Origin: an uncultured delta proteobacterium
GTDB lineage: Bacteria; Desulfobacterota; Syntrophia; Syntrophales; UBA5619
NCBI GenBank assembly: GCA_963817385.1
Contig: CAWFOM010000006.1
Span: 224,001-288,000 of the forward strand
Length of the DNA: 64,000 nt
Direction: 5' to 3'
Position 1 is the first letter of the stretch, and each line of letters starts with the position of its first letter. This document shows, piece by piece, positions 20,443 through 30,600 of the stretch. A program made the translations under genes and the position numbers. The notes below the pieces were generated by a model, which was given only the letters and a program-made list of their open reading frames with translations, was not told the DNA's origin and searched no databases.

Positions 20443-21272
20443 ACACGATTCACGGCTGCGCAAAAAGTCCGGATGCTTCGTTGCGCGTCATCCCTCGTCG
20501 TTGCGGCGTACGACACAGTACGCCTCACTCCTCGCGATTCGCGCGCCTTGCCTGCGGGACTTTTTGCGGAGCCGTCCGGTTCAGTGATGCTTTGATGGCC
20601 TGCTCGAACGCGACCCTCCGCTTGCTTGTCCCGTTCCTGGCCACCATCCTGGTCCTCTGCGGGTGCGCGGGACTCCCGCCCCTGAAGCCTCTCGACCCGG
20701 CGATGAAGCCGGCCATTCTGGATGAATGCCGGCAGCCCTTCCTTCCAGCGCAATACCGCCTCGTCCATACCTTGGAGGCCCTCCTCCCTGATGGGGGCAA
20801 GACGACGGCGATCGGCGTCCTGGTCGCCGATCCCCAAAACGGAAACTTCCGGTCGGTTCTGATGACCATCGAGGGATGGGTCCTGTTCGATATCGAGAGC
20901 GGAGCGATCCCGACTGTTCACCGGGCCGTTCCGCCCTTTGATGCTCCTGCCTTTGCCCGGCGGATGGCGGAGGATATCAGCCTGGCGTTTTTACCTCCCG
21001 GCGGGGAGCCGGTGGGTTGGGGGCAGGAGGAGAAGGGCTTCCGCGGCTGCCGTTTCGCACGGCCCGGCGGAGGGTTTGTGGATGTCCTGAAGGACGAAAG
21101 CGGCGTCAGGAAAATTCTCCTTTACGGGACTGGACAAGAGCTCCTGAAAAGAGTAAAGATTCCCCTCCTGGAGAGGCCCGGTCTGGCCGATGAACTGGAG
21201 ATCAGGGGTTGCGGCTGGCCCTCCTATGCGTTGCGCCTGAGGCTCATCGATGCAGAGGCCGTCAAGGATTGA
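20439..21272 (+). CDS. Lipoprotein (ApeN/DUF3261-like by position); N-terminus contains an in-frame palindromic element
   Basis: Lipobox LCGC; ATGA overlap at 20439, alternative ATG 20595; family call rests mainly on synteny. Confidence 0.6.
   Translation: MNTIHGCAKSPDASLRVIPRRCGVRHSTPHSSRFARLACGTFCGAVRFSDALMACSNATLRLLVPFLATILVLCGCAGLPPLKPLDPAMKPAILDECRQPFLPAQYRLVHTLEALLPDGGKTTAIGVLVADPQNGNFRSVLMTIEGWVLFDIESGAIPTVHRAVPPFDAPAFARRMAEDISLAFLPPGGEPVGWGQEEKGFRGCRFARPGGGFVDVLKDESGVRKILLYGTGQELLKRVKIPLLERPGLADELEIRGCGWPSYALRLRLIDAEAVKD
20452..20575. mobile_element. MITE-like palindromic element, family 1, copy A
   Basis: Terminal IRs ACGGCTGCGCAAAAAGTCC / GGACTTTTTGCGGAGCCGT (18/19 match), inner GGCGTAC..GTACGCC hairpin. 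Confidence 0.75.
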
Positions 21273-21421
21273 CGGCTAGGGAAGAAGTCCCTGTGCGGCA
21301 GCGCTTAGGCTGCATTCTTCCCCGGCTTTCGCCGGGGCAGGCTTGCGGCGTGCGCAAGAGAGTACGGCGCATTCCTCAGGCCATGCGCGCCTTGCCTCGG
21401 GAGCTTTTACCCGAAGCAGTC
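21271..21421. mobile_element. MITE-like element, family 1, degenerate copy B with nested hairpin
   Basis: GACGGCT..AAGTCC start, TTGCGGCGT..AGTACG and GCGCGCCTTGCCT shared with copy A; extra CCCCGGC-TTTC-GCCGGGG. Confidence 0.65.
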
Positions 21422-21497
21422 TTGAGGTCGGCGGCCGGCGTTGGGAGATCGGCACCAGGGACGGCTTTTTGCCGGGGAGCATAAGAGGAACAGTGAG

Positions 21498-22764
21498 ATG
21501 AAATTTAGATTGATCTATCCCCGCTGGAAGAAACTGGACCGGCAGACCGAGTTCCACTTGCCGCCGCACGGTCCGGTGGTCTTCGCCGCCGCCCTTCCCG
21601 CGGAGTGGAAGGTGGAATTCATCGATGAAAACGTCGAGCCCCTCCCTGCGGAGGGCGCCCCCGATGTCGTCGGCATCTCCATGATGCTGACCGGCCAGGT
21701 GAAACGGGGATGGGAGATCGCTGATGAGTACCGCAGCCGGGGCGTTCCGGTGATCTGCGGGGGGATCGGGACGATGCTCCACGCCGAAGAGACGATGAAG
21801 CACGCCGATGCCGTCTTCCTCGGGGAGGCGGAAGGGCGGATGGGGCAGCTCCTCGCGGACTGGCAAAACGGCTGCCTGAAGGCCGTCTACGACTACTTCG
21901 GCGATCATCCGCCGACGGGAGCCATCGGTCCGGCCCGGCGCGATATCCTGAAGAGGGATCTCTACAATTACAAGGGGATCCAAATGGTGGATCTCGTCCA
22001 CGCCTCCCGCGGCTGCCGGTTCAACTGCTATCCCTGCTGCGTGAGCTACCTGGGGGGGCGGCAGTTCCGTCCCCGCCCCGTGGAAACGGTGATCGCGGAG
22101 ATGGCCGCGAATCGACAACAACCGCCTCTTCATCGTGGACAATTCGCTCGCGCAGGACCGCCAGTGGGAGATCGACCTCTTCCGCGAGATGATCCCCCTG
22201 AAGAAGAAGTGGTGCTGCCATCCCATCGAGGAGGACGACGAGGTCCTGGATCTGGCCGCCCAGGCCGGGGCCTGGTACGTCTACCAGGCCGTGTTCGATA
22301 CGTCGGACCACATCCGCCGGCGGATCAAGCGCTATCACGACCACGGCATCGCCGTGGAGGGGACGGTTCTTTTAGGTCTCGACCAGCACACCGAAGACGG
22401 CATCAAGCGGCTCATCGATTTTCTCCTGGAGGTTGAACTGGACCTGGCGGAATTCACCATCCTCACCCCCTTTCCCCATACCCGGACATTCGAGGAGTTC
22501 GAGCGGGAGAAGCGGATCCTGACCTACGACTGGAATGCCTATACGGCCGACCAGGTCGTCTTTCAGCCGCGGCAGATGAGCCCGGAGCGTCTCCAGGAGC
22601 TCTACGCCTACGCCTGGGAGACCTTCTACCGCGACGAGCCCCAGAACTACAAGATGTTCAAGCTCTTTAAAAGGGTCGTGGAAAGGGAGAAGGAGGACGG
22701 GTCTTTCCGGCCCCGGCGGCGGGAGCTGGCGGTCCGCCGGTTCGGCCGCGGGGATGAAGGATGA
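21498..22764 (+). CDS. B12-binding radical SAM protein (one +1 frameshift near 22110, probably sequencing error)
   Basis: N-terminal cobalamin-binding-like region (FIDENVE, VVGIS, ICGG, VFLGEAE), SRGCRFNCYPC (CxxxCxxC), ILTPFPHT; removing one A at about 22110 joins the frames. Confidence 0.85.
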
Positions 22765-22779
22765 GCATGGGGTTTATTG

Positions 22780-22850
22780 GCGCTCAGACAGTTGCCTTTG
22801 CGGTCGCTCCGCTGCGACGGCAGGGTGCCCCGAAAAACATTAAAATCGCG
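22780..22850. repeat. Palindromic element family 2, partial copy
   Basis: GCGCTCAGACAGTTGCCTTTGCGG..GCTCCGCT..GGCAGGGT.CCCCG..AAATCGCG nearly identical to 26731-26802. Confidence 0.75.
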
Positions 22851-22896
22851 CTGCATGATCCCATGTTTCTCAATGAAAATATGTAAAGAGGATGAC

Positions 22897-24450
22897 ATGA
22901 CGAGGAAGGGAAAAGAAGCCAAGGCAGTGACGGTGGGGGAGGGGCCGCTGGATCTGGCCGGGATCATCGCCGTGGCCCGGCGGGGGGCGCCGGTCGTCCT
23001 GAGCGGGAAGGCCGCATTTCACAAGCGGGTCGAGTCGTCCCGCCGGCTCCTCCAGAAGGCCATCGAGGCCGATATCCCGGTCTACGGGGTTACCACGGGG
23101 TACGGGAAGTCGTGCGGGAACCGGCTGAGCAGGAAATCCCTCCCGACAAACGGGGATAACCTCATGCGTTTCCACGGCTGCGGGACGGGGGAGCCGCTCG
23201 GCGGCGATGAGACGCGGGCGGCGATGCTCTGCCGGCTCCTCTGCCTGGCGCGGGGGTATTCGGGGGTCTCCTTTCCCCTTCTTGAACAGTTGACCGCCTT
23301 TCTCAACCTGGGGATCACCCCGGTCATCCCCTCCGAGGGGTCGGTGGGCGCCTCGGGCGATCTCACCCCGCTTTCTTACCTCCTGGCGGCACTTGCCGGG
23401 GAGCGCGAGGTCTTCTACCGGGGGGAACGGATGCCGTCGGCGCGGGCGCTGCGCGAGGCGAAGCTGAAGCCCTACACCTGCCAGCCGAAGGAGCCGCTTG
23501 CCATGGTCAACGGGACCTCCGTCATGACCGGGATCGCGGCCGTCGTCCTCGACAGGACACACCATCTTCTCGAAGCGGCGATTGCCGCCTCCGCCCTGAG
23601 CGTCCACGCCTTTATGGGGAAGGCGCACCATTACCACCCTGCCATCGGGGAGGCGAAACCCTTCCCGGGGCAGATTCACGTCGCTGCGAAATTGCGGGAG
23701 CTCCTGGCGGCCGGAAGATCAGGGGCGGCTCTCGAGGCGGAAGGGCCGGATACCCTGCAGGATCCCTACTCGCTGCGTTGCGCCCCCCAGATCATGGGCG
23801 TCCTGGCCGACGCCCTGGCCTGGATACAGCCATGGGTGGAGATAGAAGCGAACAGCGCCAACGACAACCCCCTCTTTGACCGGTCGGCGGACCATCCCCT
23901 GATGGGGGGAAATTTCTACGGGGGGCACATCGCCTTTGCGATGGACGCCCTGAAATCCGCACTGGCGTCTCTGGCCGACATGGCGGATCGGCAGGTCGCG
24001 CTCCTGGTCAATCCCAACGTGAATAGGGGTCTCCCGGCCGATCTCGTCCGTCTGACCGGGGAGGCCCGGTTTCATCACCACGGGTTCAAGGCCATGTCGA
24101 TTTCCGCCTCCGCCCTGACGGCCGAAGCCCTCAAGGCGACGATGCCGGCCGCCTCCTTCTCCCGTTCGACCGAATCCCACAACCAGGACAAGGTCAGCAT
24201 GGGGACCATCGCCGCCCGCGACGCGGCCCGGATCTGTACCCTCGCGGAGCGGGTCGTGGCCATCCACCTCATGGCCGCCGTCCAGGCCGTTGAGATCCGG
24301 GGACGCGTGGAGGCCCGGCCCTGCCTGGCCTCGCTGGTGAAGAAGATCCGCCTTCTGGTTGGACCGACCTTCGAGGACCGTCCCATGGATGCCGACATCG
24401 AGGCCCTGGCTGAGCGGATATCGACCACGGGTTTCCCGGGGGAGGGCTGA
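22897..24450 (+). CDS. Aromatic amino acid ammonia-lyase (HAL/PAL/TAL family)
   Basis: VYGVTTGYG, MIO-forming GSVGASGDL, QDPYSLRC, NDNP, GGNFYG, HNQDKVSMG. Confidence 0.93.
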   Translation: MTRKGKEAKAVTVGEGPLDLAGIIAVARRGAPVVLSGKAAFHKRVESSRRLLQKAIEADIPVYGVTTGYGKSCGNRLSRKSLPTNGDNLMRFHGCGTGEPLGGDETRAAMLCRLLCLARGYSGVSFPLLEQLTAFLNLGITPVIPSEGSVGASGDLTPLSYLLAALAGEREVFYRGERMPSARALREAKLKPYTCQPKEPLAMVNGTSVMTGIAAVVLDRTHHLLEAAIAASALSVHAFMGKAHHYHPAIGEAKPFPGQIHVAAKLRELLAAGRSGAALEAEGPDTLQDPYSLRCAPQIMGVLADALAWIQPWVEIEANSANDNPLFDRSADHPLMGGNFYGGHIAFAMDALKSALASLADMADRQVALLVNPNVNRGLPADLVRLTGEARFHHHGFKAMSISASALTAEALKATMPAASFSRSTESHNQDKVSMGTIAARDAARICTLAERVVAIHLMAAVQAVEIRGRVEARPCLASLVKKIRLLVGPTFEDRPMDADIEALAERISTTGFPGEG

Positions 24451-24869
24451 TGGAAACGCCGAAACGACCGAGTTACGAGGTAACGCTCAAGGTGCCCTTT
24501 TACGATCTCGACCCGATGCAGATCGTCTGGCATGGGAACTATCTCAAGTATTTCGATATCGCCCGTTCGGAGCTTTTCGACCACCTGGGCGTGGACCTCT
24601 TCGCCTTTCATGACCGGACCCGCTATATCTTCCCGATCATCCGCACCGCCGTCAAACACATCCGTCCGCTGAAGCGCGGCGATGAGTTCGTCTGCCGGGC
24701 GACGGTGAAGGAGGCCCGTACCAAGATCGTCGTAATCTTTGAGATCCGTCTCGTCAAAGATGGGACGCTCTGCGCCCGGGGATCAACGGAACAGGTGGCC
24801 GTCCGGGAACCGGAAATGGAGATGGAATTCACGATCCCGGAGGAGATCAGCCGGGCCCTGGGGTTCTGA
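24450..24869 (+). CDS. Acyl-CoA/ACP thioesterase (4HBT/YbgC family, ApeK-like)
   Basis: VPFYDLDPMQIVWHGNYLKYFDIAR motif. Confidence 0.88.
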   Translation: METPKRPSYEVTLKVPFYDLDPMQIVWHGNYLKYFDIARSELFDHLGVDLFAFHDRTRYIFPIIRTAVKHIRPLKRGDEFVCRATVKEARTKIVVIFEIRLVKDGTLCARGSTEQVAVREPEMEMEFTIPEEISRALGF

Positions 24870-24870
24870 C

Positions 24871-26589
24871 ATGGATGCGCCTTTCGCACCGGCCCTGATC
24901 ACCGGCGTCGAGCGCGTCACCGCCTGGGCGGACCTCCTGGACGAAATCAACGTCTTTCCCGTGGCCGACGGCGATACGGGTCGGAACCTTGTCATCAGCC
25001 TCGCACCCCTCCGTCGGATCGCCCTGGGTCGGGAACAGACCGTCCGGGAGCTTCTCCTTTCGGCGCGGGGGAACTCGGGCAACATCGCCGCCCAGTTCTT
25101 TTCCGGCCTCCTCATGGCCGATGCTATCGAGAACATGGCTGCTGCGATTCGGCAGGGCCGGGACCGGGCGTGGCGGGCGGTCCACGACCCAAAGCCCGGC
25201 ACGATGCTGACGGTCTTCGACGCCCTCGTCGCGGCTATGGAAGAGAAGCCGATGGCGTATGATGCCGGGTGGCGGGAACGGGTCGTCGGGCGACTGGAAG
25301 ACGCCGTCCGCTCCACCCCGGAGCTTCTCCCCCGACTCAAGACCGCCGGCGTCGTCGATGCCGGGGCCCTCGGGGCCTTCATCTTTCTGGACGGGTTTTT
25401 CGCATCGCTCGTGGGAACGGGCGACGCGCTTCGGCCGATCACCGAGATCTTTCAGGATCATCTCAAGATCTCCCCGGCCTTCCGGGAGGAAGGCGAAACG
25501 GGGTACTGCATCGACACGGTGCTGGAGATCGGCGGGGATGACGCGGATACGGCACGGCGGCTCGCCGCCGTCGGGGATAGCGTCGTTGTCCTTCGGGACG
25601 GGGGGTTTCTCAAGGTCCACCTCCATGCGACGGACGGGGAGAAGGTCAGGAGCGATCTCGCGGCCCTGGGGGAGGTTCTCCGGTGGTCCGCCGATGACCT
25701 GGACGCCCAGGTCCATGCCTTCCGCAAGCGGCCAGTCGACCGGGCGCTGCACATCATGACGGACGCCGCGGGCTCCGTGAACCGCGAACACGCGGCGGAA
25801 TTGGGGATCACTCTCCTTTCGAGCTATATCTCCATCGGGGAGCGATCGCTTCCCGAGACCCATCTCGCCCCGGAGGAGCTCTACACGGCGATGCGCCAAG
25901 GCGTCAAGGTTTCCACCTCCCAGGCCTCGCTCTTCGAGCGCCATGAGTGCTATCGGAGCGTCCTGAACCGCCATCCCCGGGTCCTCTACCTCTCCGTCGG
26001 TTCCGTCTTCACCGGGAACTTTGCTGCAGCGACCGACTGGAAAAGGGATCACGATCCGGAGGATCGCTTTACCGTCCTCGATACCGGGGCGGCCTCGGGG
26101 CGTTTGGGGCTTCTGGCCGTTGCCGTCGCCCGTTTCGCCCGCGACGCGCGGGACGCCGAGGCGGTGATCGGTTTCGCCCGAGCCGGCGTGGAGCAGTGCG
26201 ACGAGTATGTCTTCCTCGATAAGCTCCAGTACCTGGCGGCCGGCGGGCGCCTCTCCAAGAGCGGCGCCTTCTTCGGCGACATGCTCCATATGAAACCGAT
26301 CATTTCTCCCCAGGCGGACGGGGCCAGGAAAGTGGGAGTCGTCCGGGATCGGGCCGGGCAGCTGCGGTTCGCCCTGGAAAAGCTGGAAGAGGCGTTGAAA
26401 GGGGAGGGGAGGGCCCTCATCATGCTCGAGTACACCGACAACGCCCCCTGGGTCATCGAAACGGTGCGGCCCGAGATCGCGCGGCGGTATCCGAAGGCGG
26501 AGATCCTCCTCCATCCCATGTCCCTGACCTCAGGGGCGCACATGGGACCGGGGACGTGGGCGGTGGCTTTTCTGCCGGCCGGAGAGTAA
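24871..26589 (+). CDS. DAK2 (FakA-like) - DegV (FakB-like) fusion protein
   Basis: INVFPVADGDTGRN, ARGNSGNI, GTMLTV, GVVDAGA, KVHLH; then IMTD, VSTSQ, LQYLAAGGRL, MKPII, AHMGPG. Confidence 0.88.
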   Translation: MDAPFAPALITGVERVTAWADLLDEINVFPVADGDTGRNLVISLAPLRRIALGREQTVRELLLSARGNSGNIAAQFFSGLLMADAIENMAAAIRQGRDRAWRAVHDPKPGTMLTVFDALVAAMEEKPMAYDAGWRERVVGRLEDAVRSTPELLPRLKTAGVVDAGALGAFIFLDGFFASLVGTGDALRPITEIFQDHLKISPAFREEGETGYCIDTVLEIGGDDADTARRLAAVGDSVVVLRDGGFLKVHLHATDGEKVRSDLAALGEVLRWSADDLDAQVHAFRKRPVDRALHIMTDAAGSVNREHAAELGITLLSSYISIGERSLPETHLAPEELYTAMRQGVKVSTSQASLFERHECYRSVLNRHPRVLYLSVGSVFTGNFAAATDWKRDHDPEDRFTVLDTGAASGRLGLLAVAVARFARDARDAEAVIGFARAGVEQCDEYVFLDKLQYLAAGGRLSKSGAFFGDMLHMKPIISPQADGARKVGVVRDRAGQLRFALEKLEEALKGEGRALIMLEYTDNAPWVIETVRPEIARRYPKAEILLHPMSLTSGAHMGPGTWAVAFLPAGE

Positions 26590-26649
26590 AAGGGAGTTGT
26601 CGGGCCATGAAAGAGCATGTCAAATTGATACCTCAAGAAGGCAATGTTG

Positions 26650-26821
26650 GAAAACAGATCCCTCCGCGCTCAGGATCTTTTTCCGACCCTGCACCTCCTC
26701 GCTGCGCTGCAAGGCAAAACTCGCGCTAAAGCGCTCAGACAGTTGCCTTTGCGGGCGCTCCGCTCGTGGGGCAGGGTACCCCGGAAAAATTTCCAAATCG
26801 CGTTTCCGGGATCAGGTTTTC
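26650..26821. mobile_element. Palindromic MITE-like element family 2, full copy
   Basis: Ends GAAAACAGATCCC / GGGATCAGGTTTTC; nested stems ACCCTGC/GCAGGGT, AAGGCAA/TTGCCTT, GCGCT-A-AAGCGC. Confidence 0.65.
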
Positions 26822-26916
26822 CCCCTGCCACGTCATGCGCCGGTGATTTTGAAAAAGAAGGGCAGATACCTATTTTCGGGATCCGATTCCCCGTCGCGCA
26901 GGACTCTGAGGACCTT

Positions 26917-27630
26917 ATGAACAGCGCCATGACCGGCCGCTTTGCGATCCTCATCCCGGTGTACAATCATGCCGAAGGCGTCGTCCCGGTGATCGAACGG
27001 GCCCGGGGGCTGGGGCTTCCGATCTGGGTCGTCGATGACGGCTCGACCGATGCGACGGCCGCAAATCTCGAAGGGATCAGAGGGATCACGGTGATCCGGC
27101 ATGAACAAAACCGCGGCAAGGGGGCGGCCCTCCTCACCGGCTTTGCAGCCCTTGCGGGAAAGGCCGACTGGGCCATCACGCTGGACGCCGACGGGCAGCA
27201 CGACCCCGGAGACGTTCCCGGCCTGATCCGGGCGATCCCCGCCGGGGTTCGTCCCCTTATCATCGGCCGGCGGGAGGGGATGGTCGGGGCGGACGTTCCC
27301 TGGACGAGCCGCTTCGGGAGGAAGTTCTCCAATTTCTGGGTCCGATGCGCCGGCGGGCCTTTGCTGACCGATACGCAGAGCGGGATGCGGATCTACCCCC
27401 TACCGGAGGCAGCGGGGCTCGGGGTCCGGGCGCGCCGCTTCCAGTTCGAAGTGGAGATCCTCGTCCGGGCCCGGTGGGCCGGGATTCCCGTCGTCGAGGC
27501 GCCGGTCGGCGTCTCCTACAGGCCCGGGATGAGGCGGGTATCGCATTTCCGCCCCTTCGTCGATTTCTGCCGGAACTCGGCGACCTTCACCCGGCTGATT
27601 TTCCTGCGGATCATGGGGCGAGGGAAATAG
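26917..27630 (+). CDS. Glycosyltransferase family 2 (ApeJ N-terminal-like)
   Basis: LIPVYN, VVDDGSTD, NRGKGAA, DADGQH, DTQSGMRIYPL, SHFRP; GAGGA SD. Confidence 0.9.
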   Translation: MNSAMTGRFAILIPVYNHAEGVVPVIERARGLGLPIWVVDDGSTDATAANLEGIRGITVIRHEQNRGKGAALLTGFAALAGKADWAITLDADGQHDPGDVPGLIRAIPAGVRPLIIGRREGMVGADVPWTSRFGRKFSNFWVRCAGGPLLTDTQSGMRIYPLPEAAGLGVRARRFQFEVEILVRARWAGIPVVEAPVGVSYRPGMRRVSHFRPFVDFCRNSATFTRLIFLRIMGRGK

Positions 27631-27640
27631 GGGGGAGAGA

Positions 27641-30600
27641 GTGTTTTTCCAACGTTACCGTTTCCGCTGGTCCCTGATCGCCGCCATTGCGGCGGTCCTG
27701 GGGGCCGTCCTGTTCTACGAATCCGCCGGCATCCGGATCGAAACGGACATCCTCGCCTCGATGCCCCGCCACGATCCCGTCCTGGCCGACGCCTACCGTG
27801 TCGTCCGTCATCTCCCCGCCCAGAACCGGCTGATCGTCGATTGCGCAATAAACGGTGGGGACCGGGACGTCCTGGTCGTCGCGGGCGACCTGATCGAGGC
27901 CGGACTTCGGGAGAGCGGCCTCTTCCGTGAGGTCGGAGCAGGACAGATGGAGACCTTCTTCCCCGAACTCGTCGCCCATGTGGCGGGCCATCTTCCTTTG
28001 CTCTTCGACGGACCGCAGTTGGAGGCCCAGATCGCGCCGCTCCTCGCGCCATCCGAACTGCGTCGGATCCTTTCGGAGGACCTCAAGGCGCTCCAGGGGC
28101 TCGAAGGGATCGGCCAGGCCGACCTTATCGCCCGCGACCCCCTCGGCCTCAGAAACCTGGTCCTGGCTCGGATGGCCCAGCTCCTTCCGAGCAGAGACGC
28201 CCAGCTCTACCGGGGGAAGATTTTCTCCCGCGACGGCGCCCATCTGCTCATCATCGCGGAGCTCAAAGGCGCCGCGACCGATGCCGCCTCTTCCCGGGCG
28301 ATTCCCCCGCTCATCGATACGCTTGCGGAGCGGCTTAACGCGCGGCATCAAACCGGAAGCGCCCGGTTCACCCTGACTCCGGCCGGGGCCTACCGCGCCG
28401 CCCTGGACAACGAGAACGCCGCGCGGCGGGACATGCGGGGGGCGATCCTCCTGACGACGCTGGGAATCGCCTTTCTGCTCGTCATCACTTTTCCCCGGCC
28501 CCTCATCGGGCTTCTGGCGCTCCTCCCGTCGACGGTCGGGGCCGTCTTCGCGCTTCTGGTCTGTTCGTTTTTCTTCCCCTCCCTCTCGATCCTGGCGGTC
28601 AGTTTCGGCGGGGCGATCATGGCCTTCACGGTGGATCTGGGGATCACCTATCTGCTCTTCCTCGACCGCCCCTGCCAGGTCTCGGGGAGGCAGGCGGCCC
28701 GCGAGGTCCAGTCGGGGGAGATCCTGGCCGCCCTGACGACGATCGGCGCGTTTCTCCTGCTCTTGCTGAGCAAATTCAGCGTCCTGGCCGAGATCGGCCT
28801 CTTCTCCGCCCTGGGAGTGGCCTTCACGTACGCCTTTGTTCATTGGGTCTTCCCCATGATCTTTCCCGTCATGCCGCCGGCCCTGAAGCCCCGGAGCCCA
28901 TGGCTCGGACGGATCCTCGACGGGATCGCCCTGTCGGGAGGGAAAGCAAAACTCGCCGCGGCCGCGCTCTTCTTTACGACCATGCTCTTCTTCGCCCGCC
29001 CCGTCTTTCTCGTCGACATCAACGCCATGAACTCCCTGAGTGACGAGACGATTTCTGCGGATCGGACCCTCCAGCAGGTCTGGGGGGACCTGACGAGCCG
29101 GGTCTACGTGATGACCGAGGGAAAGAATAGTGTCGAGCTCCAAGCAAAAAGCGACCGCCTGGCCGGGATGTTCCGGGAGGATGTCAAACGGGGGACGATC
29201 AATGCAGCCTTCCTCCTCTCCGATCTTTTCCCCGGGGAGGAACTTGCGCGCCGCCGCGCGGCGGACTGGCAGGCCTTCTGGACGGCTGCGCGGATCGCGG
29301 ACCTCCGGCGGGAGTTCTTGCGGGCGGGACGGGAGCTGGGGTTCGCCCCGAACGCCTTTGCCCCCTTCGCTGCCCTGCTGACCGGGCCGCCGCCGGCTGC
29401 CGCCCCCGTCCCGGAGAACCTCATGGGCTTCCTTGGGATAGCGGCGGAGAAATCCTCGATGGTTCAGGTGTCCATGGTGACGCCGGGGCCGGCCTATGAT
29501 GCGAACGCCTTCTTTGCCCGCTATTCCAAAACCGATCTGGCGAACCTCTTTGATGCGGGGCTCTTCAACCGCCGCCTGGGGGAGATCCTCGTTTCACTCT
29601 TTACCGAGATCGCCGTTGTCACGGCCTTCGGGATCGTTCTCGTTGTCTTCCTCTTTTTTCTCGAATGGCGGCTCTCCCTTGTCGTCCTGGCGCCGGTGGC
29701 CTTCGCCCTCGTGGGCACCCTGGGGACCCTGAAGCTCCTGGGCCGCCCGGTCGACATCCCGGGGATCATGCTCTGGATCGTTATCATGGGGATGGGGATC
29801 GACTACGGGATATACTACACTTGCTCCTACCAGCGGTATCTCGACGAACGCCATCCTTCGATGAGTCTGATCCGCCAGGCAATGTTCCTGGCGGGGGCGA
29901 CGACGCTGATCGGCTTCGGCGTCTTGGCCCTGGCGAAACACGCGGTCCTCAAGAGCATCGGCCTGACGTCGCTCCTGGGGATCGCCTATTCGCTCGTCGG
30001 GGCCTTTCTGATCGTTCCCCCGCTCGTGAAGCGGGTGCTGGTTCCCGTCGAGCTCCCCCCGGAAACGCTCGAAGCCGGATCGCGGCGCCACACCGAACGG
30101 ACGCTCCTGCGGTATAGCACCATCGAAACCACGCCCCGCCTCTTCGCCCGCTGGAAGCTCCGGCTGGACCCGATGTTCCCCCGCCTGGCCGCCTTTATGA
30201 AGGACCCGAGGCGCATCCTCGACATCGGGTGCGGCTACGGCGTCCCCTCGGTCTGGCTCCTGGAACTCTTTCCCTCGGCCACGGTCTCCTGCATCGATCC
30301 CGACGGGGAGCGCATCCGGGTGGCCGGGCGCGCTCTCGGACCGCGGGGGGAGGCCCGGACGGGCCGGGCGCCCGGAATCGGAGGACTTCCCGACGGCGCC
30401 GATACGGCGCTCATCCTCGACGTCATCCACATGCTCGACGACGGTGAGCTTCGGGAAACCCTGGCCATCCTCAACGAGAAGCTCATCCCCGGAGGCCGGC
30501 TCGTCATCCGGACGACGATCCCGGCGGGCGGTGGGCGCCCCTGGATGCGATGGATCGAAGAGCGCCGCCTGAAACGGCATCGTCTCTCGCCCTGTTACCG

